Below are positions 25,546 through 34,611 of a stretch of 64,000 bases of DNA, piece by piece (position 1 is the first letter of the stretch; every line of letters starts with the position of its first letter). Origin of the DNA: a candidate division WOR-3 bacterium UBA5631 (GTDB lineage Bacteria; Hydrothermota; Hydrothermia; UBA1063); NCBI GenBank assembly GCA_002421425.1, contig DIJZ01000011.1, positions 2,307 to 66,306 on the forward strand, in the 5' to 3' direction. Below the pieces are notes generated by a model, which was not told where the DNA came from, made no database searches, and saw only the letters and a program-made list of their open reading frames with translations. The position numbers and the translations under genes are program-made.

Positions 25546-27336
25546 ATGGCAGAAATGGTTAAACTTTTCATAGATGGAAAAGAAGTAGAGGTGGAAAAGA
25601 ATTCGACAATTCTGGATGCTGCAAAAAAGGCGGGTTCATATATACCAACTCTTTGTTATCATCCGGATCTTTCTCCTACAGGAGCATGTGGCGTTTGTGT
25701 TGTGGAAATAGAAGGTTCTCCAACTCCAAAGAGATCCTGCTGTACGCCTGTTTCTCAGGGTATGAAGGTTACTACCAATTCGAAATCGCTCAGAGAAATA
25801 AGGAAAACTATTGTGCAACTTCTTCTTTCAGACCATGATGTAACATGTCCAACATGCTCAGCCAATGAGAAATGTGAACTTCAATCCTTAGCGAACTATC
25901 TTGGAGTCGATACAAATGGACTTCCAGCAATTCTTGAGAGGAAGCCACTGGATGAAACAAGCGTTTCTATTGTTAGGGACCCAAACAAATGTATTCTGTG
26001 TGGCAGGTGTGTGACTGTGTGTAGTGAACTGCAGACGGTCTCAGCAATAACGATAGCAGAGAGAGGGTTTGAAGCTGTGGTTGATACTTTCTTCTCTCAG
26101 GGTCTCGGTAACAGCTCTTGCGTGAATTGCGGGCAGTGCACTGTATTTTGCCCGACGGGCGCACTTAGTGAAAGAAGCGAAATTGATATGGTGTGGGATG
26201 CGCTTTTAGATCCTGACAAAGTGGTAGTAGTCCAGGAAGCGCCATCCATAAGAGCAACTCTGGGGGAAGAATTTGGAATGGAAGTTGGGACTGTAACGGT
26301 GGGAAAAATGTATGCTGCGTTGCGGAGGCTCGGGTTTGATGTGGTTTTTGACACAAACTTTGCAGCAGACCTCACTATTATGGAGGAGGCTAACGAGTTA
26401 GTTGAGAGAGTTAAGAGTGGAGGTCCTTTGCCGCTTATTACCTCTTGCTCACCGGGATGGATCAAGTTTATGGAAACCTTCTTCCCCGATCTTGCTAAAT
26501 ATGTATCAACGTGCAAGTCTCCACAACAGATGTTCGGGACTCTTTCAAAGACATATTTTGCTGAGGAAGCCGGGATTGATCCATCGAAGATTGTCAGTGT
26601 TTCAATAATGCCATGTACCGCGAAGAAATTCGAGGCAAGAAGGCCTGAAATGAGGGATTCTGGATTTCAGGATGTGGATTACGTTCTTACTACAAGGGAA
26701 TTTGTAAGGATGTTAAAGTCCGCTGGTCTTGACCTTAAGGAACTGCCTGACGAAAGACCCGATGAATTGATGGGAATGTATACTGGCGCTGCCACGATAT
26801 TTGGGGCTACTGGTGGTGTAATGGAGGCTGCAGTCAGAACTGCTTACTGGATGATCACGGGGAAGGAGCTGGAGAATCTCGATGTAACAGCAGTTAGAGG
26901 CATGGCAGGTATAAAAGAGGCTGAGCTGGACATCAACGGACTGAAGGTTAAGGTTGCCGTTGCCCATGGACTTGGCAATGCAAGGGAACTTCTGACAAAA
27001 GTTAGGAAGCAGATAGAAGAAACTGGAAAGAGCGAATATGCATTCATAGAAATTATGGCATGTCCCGGTGGATGTGTAGGTGGAGGTGGACAGCCCAAGG
27101 GAAGTACCTTTGCCATGAGAGCAAGAAGAGGTGAAGGATTATACGCGGAAGATAAATCCTTGCCTTTACGGAGATCTCACGAGAATCCAGCGATAAAGAG
27201 AATTTACGAGAAATTCCTGAAAAAGCCCGGCTCGGGAGTTTCTCACAAACTACTTCATACCTTCTATTATAAACGCTGCGACCTTTCAGGGTGTACAATT
27301 GAATCTGTAACTGAGAAACACGCAAATCACCACTGA
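25546..27336 (+). CDS. hydA: [FeFe]-hydrogenase catalytic subunit (M3-type, HydA/HndD-like)
   Basis: N-terminal [2Fe-2S] (CYH...CGVC...C), the His-ligated cluster HDVTCPTCSANEKC, and two 4Fe-4S motifs (CILCGRCVTVC and CVNCGQCTVFCP). H-cluster motifs are L1 TSCSPGW (atypical), L2 IMPCTAKKFE and L3 EIMACPGGCVGGGGQP. There is a C-terminal small-subunit-like tail. Confidence 0.9.
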   Translation: MAEMVKLFIDGKEVEVEKNSTILDAAKKAGSYIPTLCYHPDLSPTGACGVCVVEIEGSPTPKRSCCTPVSQGMKVTTNSKSLREIRKTIVQLLLSDHDVTCPTCSANEKCELQSLANYLGVDTNGLPAILERKPLDETSVSIVRDPNKCILCGRCVTVCSELQTVSAITIAERGFEAVVDTFFSQGLGNSSCVNCGQCTVFCPTGALSERSEIDMVWDALLDPDKVVVVQEAPSIRATLGEEFGMEVGTVTVGKMYAALRRLGFDVVFDTNFAADLTIMEEANELVERVKSGGPLPLITSCSPGWIKFMETFFPDLAKYVSTCKSPQQMFGTLSKTYFAEEAGIDPSKIVSVSIMPCTAKKFEARRPEMRDSGFQDVDYVLTTREFVRMLKSAGLDLKELPDERPDELMGMYTGAATIFGATGGVMEAAVRTAYWMITGKELENLDVTAVRGMAGIKEAELDINGLKVKVAVAHGLGNARELLTKVRKQIEETGKSEYAFIEIMACPGGCVGGGGQPKGSTFAMRARRGEGLYAEDKSLPLRRSHENPAIKRIYEKFLKKPGSGVSHKLLHTFYYKRCDLSGCTIESVTEKHANHH

Positions 27337-27349
27337 GGAGCATTATACG

Positions 27350-27598
27350 ATGAGTGAAAAATGGGGAATTAGTACAATCACTATAGCAATGGTAGATAAC
27401 TCGCACGCAATGAAGGTCCAGGATATTCTTCACCGATATGCCAGCCACATATACGGACGTCTGGGACTTCCATCAAGATGTGCGAGATATTTTATAATCT
27501 CAGTGGTGTTTCTTGGTGAAGAGGAAAAAGCAAGGGAGTTGGTAGAAGTATTAAATAGAGAAGTTCCTGAAGTCAGAGTAGGAATTAGCAGCCTGTAG
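27350..27598 (+). CDS. TM1266-like putative iron-only hydrogenase system regulator, divergent copy
   Basis: 82 aa. ISTITIAMVDNSHAMKVQDILHRYASHIYGRLGLP matches the first half of the TM1266/ACT-like family; the second half diverges. The SD GAGGAG lies 9 nt upstream. Confidence 0.55.
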   Translation: MSEKWGISTITIAMVDNSHAMKVQDILHRYASHIYGRLGLPSRCARYFIISVVFLGEEEKARELVEVLNREVPEVRVGISSL

Positions 27599-27660
27599 AA
27601 GATATTCGGGCTATAATCCCCGCTCTGAGGTGAGGGGCTACCTGAACCGAGGAGGTGAAG

Positions 27661-27927
27661 ATGGGGAATTACAAAGAGAGTGGCAATCCAGAACGGTTAG
27701 GTCTTGTAGGTATTTTTGTTAATGATAAAGATGCCGTAAGGCCAGTCCAGGAAACAATTTCTTCTTATTTCGACAAAATCCTGGGTAGAGCAGGTTTTAA
27801 TACACCTGAAGCAACGGTTATTGTTCTCCTTTTTAAGGGGAATACCGATGATCTTGGTGCTTTTACTGGAAAAATGGGGAAAATAAAAGGGGTTCAGGTA
27901 AAGACCCTTTTGAAAAAGTACTTATAG
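27661..27927 (+). CDS. TM1266-like putative iron-only hydrogenase system regulator
   Basis: ATG at 27661, 5 nt after GAGGAGG. LGLVGIFVNDKDAVRPVQETISSYFDKILGRAGFN...VIVLLFKGNTDDLGAFTGKMGKIKGVQVKT matches the family pattern across its full length. Confidence 0.7.
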   Translation: MGNYKESGNPERLGLVGIFVNDKDAVRPVQETISSYFDKILGRAGFNTPEATVIVLLFKGNTDDLGAFTGKMGKIKGVQVKTLLKKYL

Positions 27928-27937
27928 GGGGATAAAT

Positions 27938-29422
27938 ATGCCACAAGTAGAAAGCTGGGTAAAAACTCGAATTAAAGAGGATGAAATTGAAAAGTACTTG
28001 ATAGATGGAAGGGATTTCATCGACGATGAGGAAATATGGGAGAAGATTAATGAGAATAGAAATCCTGACAGAAGATGGATAAGGGAGATTTTTGATAAGG
28101 CTTTAAGGATTGAGACGCTGACTCCTGACGAAACAGCAGCCCTTATAAATCTTGAAGAGGAAGACCTGATCGAAGAAATGAGACAGGTAGCGCAAAATAT
28201 CAAGAAGAAGGTTTATGATAATCGAATTGTGACCTTCGCACCGCTTTATCTTGGGGATTATTGTGTAAATAATTGTCTTTACTGCGGATTTCGAAGAGAA
28301 AATCGCGTCATTAGGAGAAAGGTTCTGACTGATGAAGAGATAAGAGGAGAAACCGAAGTACTTGCGGGTGAGATTGGGCACAAGCGTCTAATAACTGTTT
28401 ACGGGGAGCATCCCTCTATGGGGGTTGATTACATAGAACGAAGCCTCCAAATTATTTACGATACAAAAGTGAAGGTTAAAAATGGGTATGGCCAGATTCG
28501 AAGGTGCAATGTGAATGCCCCACCTCTTCAGATTGATGAACTTAAACGGCTTGTGGAAGTGGGGATTGGGACTTATCAGGTTTTCCAGGAGACTTATCAC
28601 CACGAAACATACGTGAAAGTTCACCCGGAGAACACTATTAAAGGGAATTACCGCTGGAGACTATATTCGATGCACAGAGCTCTTGAGGCAGGAGTGGATG
28701 ATGTGGGGATTGGTGCTCTTTTCGGACTTTACGATTGGAGGTTCGAGGTGATGGGGCTTCTTTACCATGCAATAGAACTGGAAAAGAAATTCGGGATAGG
28801 TCCACATACCGTTTCTTTTCCGCGGCTTGAGCCAGCAGCTAATACCCCCTTTGTCCAGGAAACAAGACATAAAGTTAGTGACAAGGATTTTGAGAAGATT
28901 ATTCTTGTTCTGAGACTTGCAATTCCGTATGCAGGGATGATTTTGACAGCAAGGGAGCCGAAAGAGATTCGAGACAGACTTGTACATTATGGTATTACTC
29001 AGATGGATGCATCAACAAAAATAGGAATTGGGGCTTATAGTGACAGATACAATGAGCAGGAACTGCGAAGGCAGCAATTTCTAATCGGAGATACCAGGAG
29101 TCTTGATGAGCTCATTAGGGACCTGGCAAAATTAGGCTATATAACCTCATTCTGCACTGCTGGATATCGTTGCGGGCGCACCGGTGATATGATCATGAAA
29201 CTTTTGAGGACTGGTAAAGAAGGACAGTTTTGCAAACTGAATGCTGTCCTCACGTTCAAAGAGTGGCTTCTTGATTTCGGAACACCTGAAACTCAAAAAA
29301 TTGGTGATGAAATCATCCAGAAAGAACTGCGGGAAGTTAAGGAACGCATGCCAAGAATTTACAATAAGCTTATGGAATACTATCAGAGGATTGAAAATGG
29401 CGAACGAGACCTCTTTTTCTAA
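27938..29422 (+). CDS. hydG: [FeFe]-hydrogenase H-cluster radical SAM maturase HydG
   Basis: 494 aa, ThiH-like, with CVNNCLYCGF (CX3CX2C). The C-terminal auxiliary-cluster region is SFCTAGYRCGRTGD...FCKLNAVLTFKEWL. Confidence 0.9.
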   Translation: MPQVESWVKTRIKEDEIEKYLIDGRDFIDDEEIWEKINENRNPDRRWIREIFDKALRIETLTPDETAALINLEEEDLIEEMRQVAQNIKKKVYDNRIVTFAPLYLGDYCVNNCLYCGFRRENRVIRRKVLTDEEIRGETEVLAGEIGHKRLITVYGEHPSMGVDYIERSLQIIYDTKVKVKNGYGQIRRCNVNAPPLQIDELKRLVEVGIGTYQVFQETYHHETYVKVHPENTIKGNYRWRLYSMHRALEAGVDDVGIGALFGLYDWRFEVMGLLYHAIELEKKFGIGPHTVSFPRLEPAANTPFVQETRHKVSDKDFEKIILVLRLAIPYAGMILTAREPKEIRDRLVHYGITQMDASTKIGIGAYSDRYNEQELRRQQFLIGDTRSLDELIRDLAKLGYITSFCTAGYRCGRTGDMIMKLLRTGKEGQFCKLNAVLTFKEWLLDFGTPETQKIGDEIIQKELREVKERMPRIYNKLMEYYQRIENGERDLFF

Positions 29423-29678
29423 GAAGATTTTGGAGTTTCTGAAAACTGTTTCAGAGGAATACCATACCGGTGGAATATGGATATCCAAAAGGCTTGGAAG
29501 AAGATGGTCTTTCTGGTGCGGATTGGAACCAGATTCATGTCTTCCGCCGCAAATGCTCAGGATAAATGAAGATTACGCTCTTTTCTGCGAAAACAAAGAG
29601 TTACTTGAAAAGGAATGGGAAAGATTGGTAAGAGAACTGGAAACTCTAATTAAGGGGAGTACAAGGGAATGTCAGTGA
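29397..29678 (+). CDS. hypothetical 93-aa protein embedded between hydG and hydE
   Basis: The ATG at 29397 lies inside the hydG 3' end (26-nt overlap), and the stop at 29676-29678 overlaps the hydE start (29669). The ORF fills the whole 246-nt hydG-hydE gap. Product: MANETSFSKKILEFLKTVSEEYHTGGIWISKRLGRRWSFWCGLEPDSCLPPQMLRINEDYALFCENKELLEKEWERLVRELETLIKGSTRECQ. No family recognised. Confidence 0.5.
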   Translation: MANETSFSKKILEFLKTVSEEYHTGGIWISKRLGRRWSFWCGLEPDSCLPPQMLRINEDYALFCENKELLEKEWERLVRELETLIKGSTRECQ

Positions 29679-30685
29679 ATTTAAGTACCCGTGAAATTGA
29701 GGAACTTCTTGAGGGCAGTGACGATAGGTGGCTTTTCGAAGAGGCAAGGAGAGTCAAAGCAGCGGTCTTTGGAAAGGATGTATATTTTCGCGGGGTAGTG
29801 GAGTTTTCCAACTATTGCGCTGAGGATTGTTATTACTGTGGCCTAAGAGCGGGAAACAGGAATTTATATAGGTACAGGTTAACCAAAGAAGAGATCCTCG
29901 AAACTGCAGAAATGGGCTATTTATGCGGACTTAAGACCATAGTTCTTCAGTCGGGTGACGATCACTTTTATAAAAAGGATGATATTACTTTCATAATTAG
30001 AGAAATTCTTTCCAGAATGGATGTTGTCATAACCCTCTCCCTTGGAGAGAGAAGCTTGGAAGAGATTAAGGAGTGGAGGAAGGCAGGGGCTGAACGGTAC
30101 TTACTAAAAATTGAGACCTTTAATAAAGCACTTTACGAGAAGTACAGGCCAGGTAGGAAGCTGGAGGAAAGGATAAGACTTCTTGAGTATATGAAAGGTG
30201 TGGGTTATGAAACTGGATCTGGAATAATTGTTGGACTTCCTGGTCAGACTGTGAAGGATATTGCCGCAGATTTGCACAGACTTTCCGAGTTGGAGCTCGA
30301 AATGATTGCTGTTGGCCCTTTTATACCTCATCCTGAGACACCTCTCGGCCTGGAGAGCCCAGGTAATCCTCTCCTTTCTCTAAGGTGTATTGCGGTATTA
30401 AGGATATTGAACCCATTGGCAAATATTCCTTCTACCAGTGCTCTTGCTTCCTTTGGGATGGATTTCCGGGCAAAAGGCCTTGAAGCAGGTGCTAATGTTG
30501 TTATGCCTTCGATAACACCTTCTAAGGTGAGACTTTTTTATAAGATTTATCCTGGTAAGAATGAGGGGTGTATGTGTGTAATTGAAGAGATGGATTACTT
30601 GAAAAAAATGGTAGAAAATGCGGGACACAGGGTAAGTGATTCAAAGGGTTATTCCCCCAGGAGGTTTTATGCGAAGGGCTCCTAA
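29669..30685 (+). CDS. hydE: [FeFe]-hydrogenase H-cluster radical SAM maturase HydE
   Basis: 338 aa, BioB-like, with VEFSNYCAEDCYYCGLRAGN. Confidence 0.9.
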   Translation: MSVNLSTREIEELLEGSDDRWLFEEARRVKAAVFGKDVYFRGVVEFSNYCAEDCYYCGLRAGNRNLYRYRLTKEEILETAEMGYLCGLKTIVLQSGDDHFYKKDDITFIIREILSRMDVVITLSLGERSLEEIKEWRKAGAERYLLKIETFNKALYEKYRPGRKLEERIRLLEYMKGVGYETGSGIIVGLPGQTVKDIAADLHRLSELELEMIAVGPFIPHPETPLGLESPGNPLLSLRCIAVLRILNPLANIPSTSALASFGMDFRAKGLEAGANVVMPSITPSKVRLFYKIYPGKNEGCMCVIEEMDYLKKMVENAGHRVSDSKGYSPRRFYAKGS

Positions 30686-31889
30686 GGGCGAAAGAGTAAT
30701 TATTGCTCTTCTTGGCAGAAGAAACTCGGGTAAATCATCCCTCATAAATGCGATTGTCGGGCAGGAGATAGCAATTGTATCAGAAGTGCCCGGGACAACC
30801 ACTGATCCTGTTGACAAACATTATGAACTTCTTCCTCTTGGACCTGTAACTTTTTACGATACCCCTGGCCTTGACGATGTAGGATATCTCGGAGAATTAC
30901 GGGTAAAAGCTACAAAAAAGATTCTTGCAAAATGTGACATTGCCCTTCTGGTCGTTGACGAAAGGGGGATTGGAGAGTGTGAGGTGAATATTCTTCAGGA
31001 ACTTAGAGAAAAAAACATACCAACTATTGTTGTTTTCAACAAAATTGATATTGCAGTACCTGATGAGAAGGATATTGAATTTTGTAAGAATCTCACTTTT
31101 CCCTACGTAATGGTTTCAACGGTTTCAAAAGAAGGAGTATTGGAGCTCAAGGAGAAGATAATTGAAACTGTTCCATCTTTCCTGAAGGAAGAACAGGTCC
31201 TTGTTCAGGACTTGATAAACCCCGGTGAATTGGTGGTTTTGGTTGTTCCTATTGATTTATCGGCACCGAAGGGGAGGTTAATCTTACCTCAGGTGCAGGT
31301 ACTTAGAAGTATCCTTGATGCTAATGCAATTGCCGTTGTGACAAAAGAATCGGAGCTCGAGAAGACACTGAACTCACTCTCCATTAAGCCTTCACTGGTA
31401 ATTACTGATTCTCAAGCGATAGGAATAGTGTCCAGAATTGTACCTGAAGATGTGAGGCTTACAACTTTTTCAATAATTATGGCAAGATACAAGAGTGGAA
31501 ATCTTGACACATTGCTTGAGGGTCTGGAAACTATTAATGATCTCAAGGATGGAGATAGGGTTTTAATAAGTGAGGCGTGCTCACACCATCCACTGGAAGA
31601 TGACATTGGAAAAGTGAAAATTCCAGGCTGGATTTTGAAACACACTGGGAAGAGAATCCATTTTGACGTATACCAGGGTGGAGATTTTCCTGAAGACCTT
31701 GAAAAGTATAAACTTGTGGTGCATTGCGGAGCATGTATGTTGAATCCTGCAGAGATGAAGCATAGAATAATAGAATGTAGAAGAAGAGGAGTTCCAATAA
31801 CAAATTATGGTATGACAATCTCGAAGATTCATGGGGTTATTGATAGAGTTTTGAGACCGTTCAAGATTGAAAAGAAGGGGGTTTTATGA
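30669..31889 (+). CDS. hydF: [FeFe]-hydrogenase H-cluster maturation GTPase HydF
   Basis: ATG at 30669 after CCAGGAGG. G domain motifs LLGRRNSGKSSLINA, DTPG and NKID. The C-terminal cluster motif is EACSHH...VVHCGAC (CxH...HCxxC). Confidence 0.9.
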   Translation: MRRAPKGERVIIALLGRRNSGKSSLINAIVGQEIAIVSEVPGTTTDPVDKHYELLPLGPVTFYDTPGLDDVGYLGELRVKATKKILAKCDIALLVVDERGIGECEVNILQELREKNIPTIVVFNKIDIAVPDEKDIEFCKNLTFPYVMVSTVSKEGVLELKEKIIETVPSFLKEEQVLVQDLINPGELVVLVVPIDLSAPKGRLILPQVQVLRSILDANAIAVVTKESELEKTLNSLSIKPSLVITDSQAIGIVSRIVPEDVRLTTFSIIMARYKSGNLDTLLEGLETINDLKDGDRVLISEACSHHPLEDDIGKVKIPGWILKHTGKRIHFDVYQGGDFPEDLEKYKLVVHCGACMLNPAEMKHRIIECRRRGVPITNYGMTISKIHGVIDRVLRPFKIEKKGVL

Positions 31890-34597
31890 GCAAGATAGTT
31901 GAGATAACAATAGATGGTAAAATAATCAAATCCACTGAGGGGGAAAACCTTCTTAAAGTGGCTCGAGAGAATCAGGTTGATATCCCAGGACTATGTTTCT
32001 GTGATAAGTTAACGCCAAGCGGGTTGTGCAGGCTTTGTATTGTTAAGGTTGAAGGTAGACCGGGCATGGTCCCTTCATGTCTTTTGACAGTTCAGGATGG
32101 GTTGAAAGTTACTGCCTTTGACGATGAACTTGAAAACACAAGGAAAATCTTACTTGACAATATTTTGTCGGAACATAACGATGATTGTATTAACTGTGAT
32201 AAAGATGGTAATTGCGAATTGCAGGATTTAGCCTACAGGTATAATCTCGGGAGGGATAAGCGTCTTTTTGGCCCTATTTGGCAAGAAGTTGAACGGAAAA
32301 TTGACCTCTCATCTCCTGTTTTGTGGTACGATTCCTCCAAATGTATAAAGTGCATGAGGTGTATAAAAGCCTGCGAGGAGCTCCAGGTTAAAGGGGTTCT
32401 GAGCTTTGCAGAAAGAGGAATTGGTACTTACGTAGTGGCTGGTTTTGGTGAGTGGTCCGAATCGGAATGTGATGGTTGTGGGCAATGCGTTCAGAGCTGT
32501 CCTACCGGGGCACTCGTTGAAAAATGGGAAAGTTACGGTATAAAAGTAAGGGAAAAAGACATAGACAAGAAAGTTGTGACTACATGCCCTTATTGTGGGG
32601 TTGGTTGTCAGCTTGAACTATGGATAAAGGATAACAAAATTGTAAAGGTTTTGGGTGCCGATGAAATTCCGAATGAGGGAAGGACTTGTGTAAAAGGTCG
32701 CTTTGGTTTAGATTTTGTAAGCAAACCTGATAGACTGACGAAACCTTTAATTAAGAGAGATGGGGAATTCCATGAAGCTGAATGGGATGAAGCTCTTGAC
32801 CACGTGGCGAAAAAGCTAACTGAGATTAAGGAAAAATATGGTGCAGATTCCATTGCAGGCCTTGCTTCCGCCAAGTGCACCAATGAAGAAAACTTTGTAT
32901 TCCAAAAGTTCATGAGAGCAGTAATTGGAACAAACAATGTAGATCACTGTGCAAGACTCTGCCATGCATCTACCGTTGCCGGCCTTGCGAGAGCCTTTGG
33001 CTCGGGTGCTATGACCAATTCTATAAAAGAGCTTGAATTTGCCGATGTGATCCTTGTTACGGGTTCAAATACCACCGAGACCCACCCTGTAATTTCCACT
33101 TACATCAAGAGGGCTGTTGTTTTCCATGGTGCAAAACTAATAATTGTGGATCCGAGGAAAATTGACCTCGTTAAATATGCTACTATGCATTTGCAACAGA
33201 GGAACGGTACCGATGTGGCCTGGATTAATGGAATGCTTCATATAATCTGGAAAGAAAAACTCTACGACGAAGAGTTTATCAAAAGTAGGACCGAAGATTT
33301 TGAGTCAATCATACCAGTTATTGAAAAATTCACGCCTGAAAAGGTTGAAGAAATAACGGGAATTCCCAAGGAAAAGCTCATTGAAGCAGCAAGATTATAC
33401 GCTACTGCAAAGAATGCTGCCATAGTTTACTCTATGGGAATCACTCAACATACGACAGGCGTTGACAATGTTCTCTCTCTTGCAAATCTTGCAATGATTA
33501 CAGGACATATTGGAAAGGAATTTTCGGGTGTTAATCCACTCCGCGGACAGAACAATGTTCAGGGTGCCTGCGATATGGGTGCACTCCCGGACGTTTACTC
33601 TGGCTACCAAAAGGTTATAGAAGAAGACAAGAGGACAAAATTTGAAACCGCTTGGGGAGTGAAACTTCCAGATAAAGTTGGATTGACGGTGGTAGAAATG
33701 ATGTATGCCGCAACCGAAGGTAAAATCAAGGCATTTTACTTTATGGGAGAGAATCCAATGATGTCTGACCCGAATATACCTCATGTGAGGGAAGCTCTTG
33801 AGAAAGTTGAATTCCTCGTTGTGCAGGATATATTTATGACGGAGACCGCAGCATATGCAGATGTTATCTTCCCCGTTGCTTCCTTCGCTGAGAAATACGG
33901 GACTTTCACGAACACAGAAAGAAGGGTGTTGATGGTTAATAAGGCTGTTGAGCCTCCTGAGGGTACAAAGGAAGACTGGCAGGTGGTACAGGAAGTAGCG
34001 AAAAGGCTTGGCTATCCAATGAGTTACTCTTCATGGGTAGATATAATGAAAGAGATCAATACATTAACACCAAGTTATAGCGGTATCACTCCTGAAAGAT
34101 TGATGAAAGGCGAAAAACTCCAGTGGCCCTGCCCGACGGTTGATCATCCAGGGACCCAGTACCTCCATCGAGAGAAATTTACGAGGGGGCTTGGGAAGTT
34201 TCATCCGGTAGATTTCATCCCCCCTGCTGAGCTTCCCGATGAGGAGTATCCGTTTCTTCTTTCAACAGGGAGAATGCTTTATCACTACCACACAGCTACA
34301 ATGACCAGGAGAAGTTTTGCCCTTACGAGATTCATTAACGATGCCTACATGGAAATGAATCCCGGTGATATGGAAAAACTGAACATTAAAGATGGGGAAA
34401 AAGTAAAGGTAAAATCAAGGAGGGGATCTATTGAGATAAAGGCTGCAGCTAGCGATAGGGTCTTCCCCGGGCTTGTTTTTATCCCGTTTCACTTTTCTGA
34501 GGCTGCAGCCAATATCTTAACTAACGATGCTCTGGATCCGGTTGCAAAAATACCGGAGTTCAAAGTGTGTGCATGTAGGATTGAAAAACTTAATTAA
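31886..34597 (+). CDS. fdhA: formate dehydrogenase catalytic subunit, Cys-type, with fused NuoG-like N-terminal Fe-S domains
   Basis: 903 aa. N-terminal [2Fe-2S] plus HNDDCINCDKDGNC plus two 4Fe-4S motifs, then the Mo/W-bisPGD domain (TTCPYCGVGCQLE). The active-site region is VDHCARLCHASTVAG, with Cys where Sec-enzymes have U. There is no in-frame TGA. An ATGA overlap links it to hydF. Confidence 0.9.
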   Translation: MSKIVEITIDGKIIKSTEGENLLKVARENQVDIPGLCFCDKLTPSGLCRLCIVKVEGRPGMVPSCLLTVQDGLKVTAFDDELENTRKILLDNILSEHNDDCINCDKDGNCELQDLAYRYNLGRDKRLFGPIWQEVERKIDLSSPVLWYDSSKCIKCMRCIKACEELQVKGVLSFAERGIGTYVVAGFGEWSESECDGCGQCVQSCPTGALVEKWESYGIKVREKDIDKKVVTTCPYCGVGCQLELWIKDNKIVKVLGADEIPNEGRTCVKGRFGLDFVSKPDRLTKPLIKRDGEFHEAEWDEALDHVAKKLTEIKEKYGADSIAGLASAKCTNEENFVFQKFMRAVIGTNNVDHCARLCHASTVAGLARAFGSGAMTNSIKELEFADVILVTGSNTTETHPVISTYIKRAVVFHGAKLIIVDPRKIDLVKYATMHLQQRNGTDVAWINGMLHIIWKEKLYDEEFIKSRTEDFESIIPVIEKFTPEKVEEITGIPKEKLIEAARLYATAKNAAIVYSMGITQHTTGVDNVLSLANLAMITGHIGKEFSGVNPLRGQNNVQGACDMGALPDVYSGYQKVIEEDKRTKFETAWGVKLPDKVGLTVVEMMYAATEGKIKAFYFMGENPMMSDPNIPHVREALEKVEFLVVQDIFMTETAAYADVIFPVASFAEKYGTFTNTERRVLMVNKAVEPPEGTKEDWQVVQEVAKRLGYPMSYSSWVDIMKEINTLTPSYSGITPERLMKGEKLQWPCPTVDHPGTQYLHREKFTRGLGKFHPVDFIPPAELPDEEYPFLLSTGRMLYHYHTATMTRRSFALTRFINDAYMEMNPGDMEKLNIKDGEKVKVKSRRGSIEIKAAASDRVFPGLVFIPFHFSEAAANILTNDALDPVAKIPEFKVCACRIEKLN

Positions 34598-34611
34598 ACA
34601 GGAGGTTTGTT

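Noticed and set aside
20411-27448. Numerous minus-strand ORFs inside nuoE/nuoF/hydA (for example 22321..22725, 24129..24536, 26097..26516, 27053..27448)
   Set aside because: They are antisense shadows of Fe-S/flavoprotein genes with unmistakable motifs on the plus strand.
29241-29396. The upstream part of ORF 29241..29678 (145 aa) as coding
   Set aside because: This part lies wholly inside hydG in another frame. The plausible start is the ATG at 29397, near the hydG stop.
31886-34597. Selenocysteine (in-frame TGA plus SECIS) in the formate dehydrogenase
   Set aside because: The ORF is uninterrupted, and the active-site position is a TGC Cys codon (ARLCHAST).
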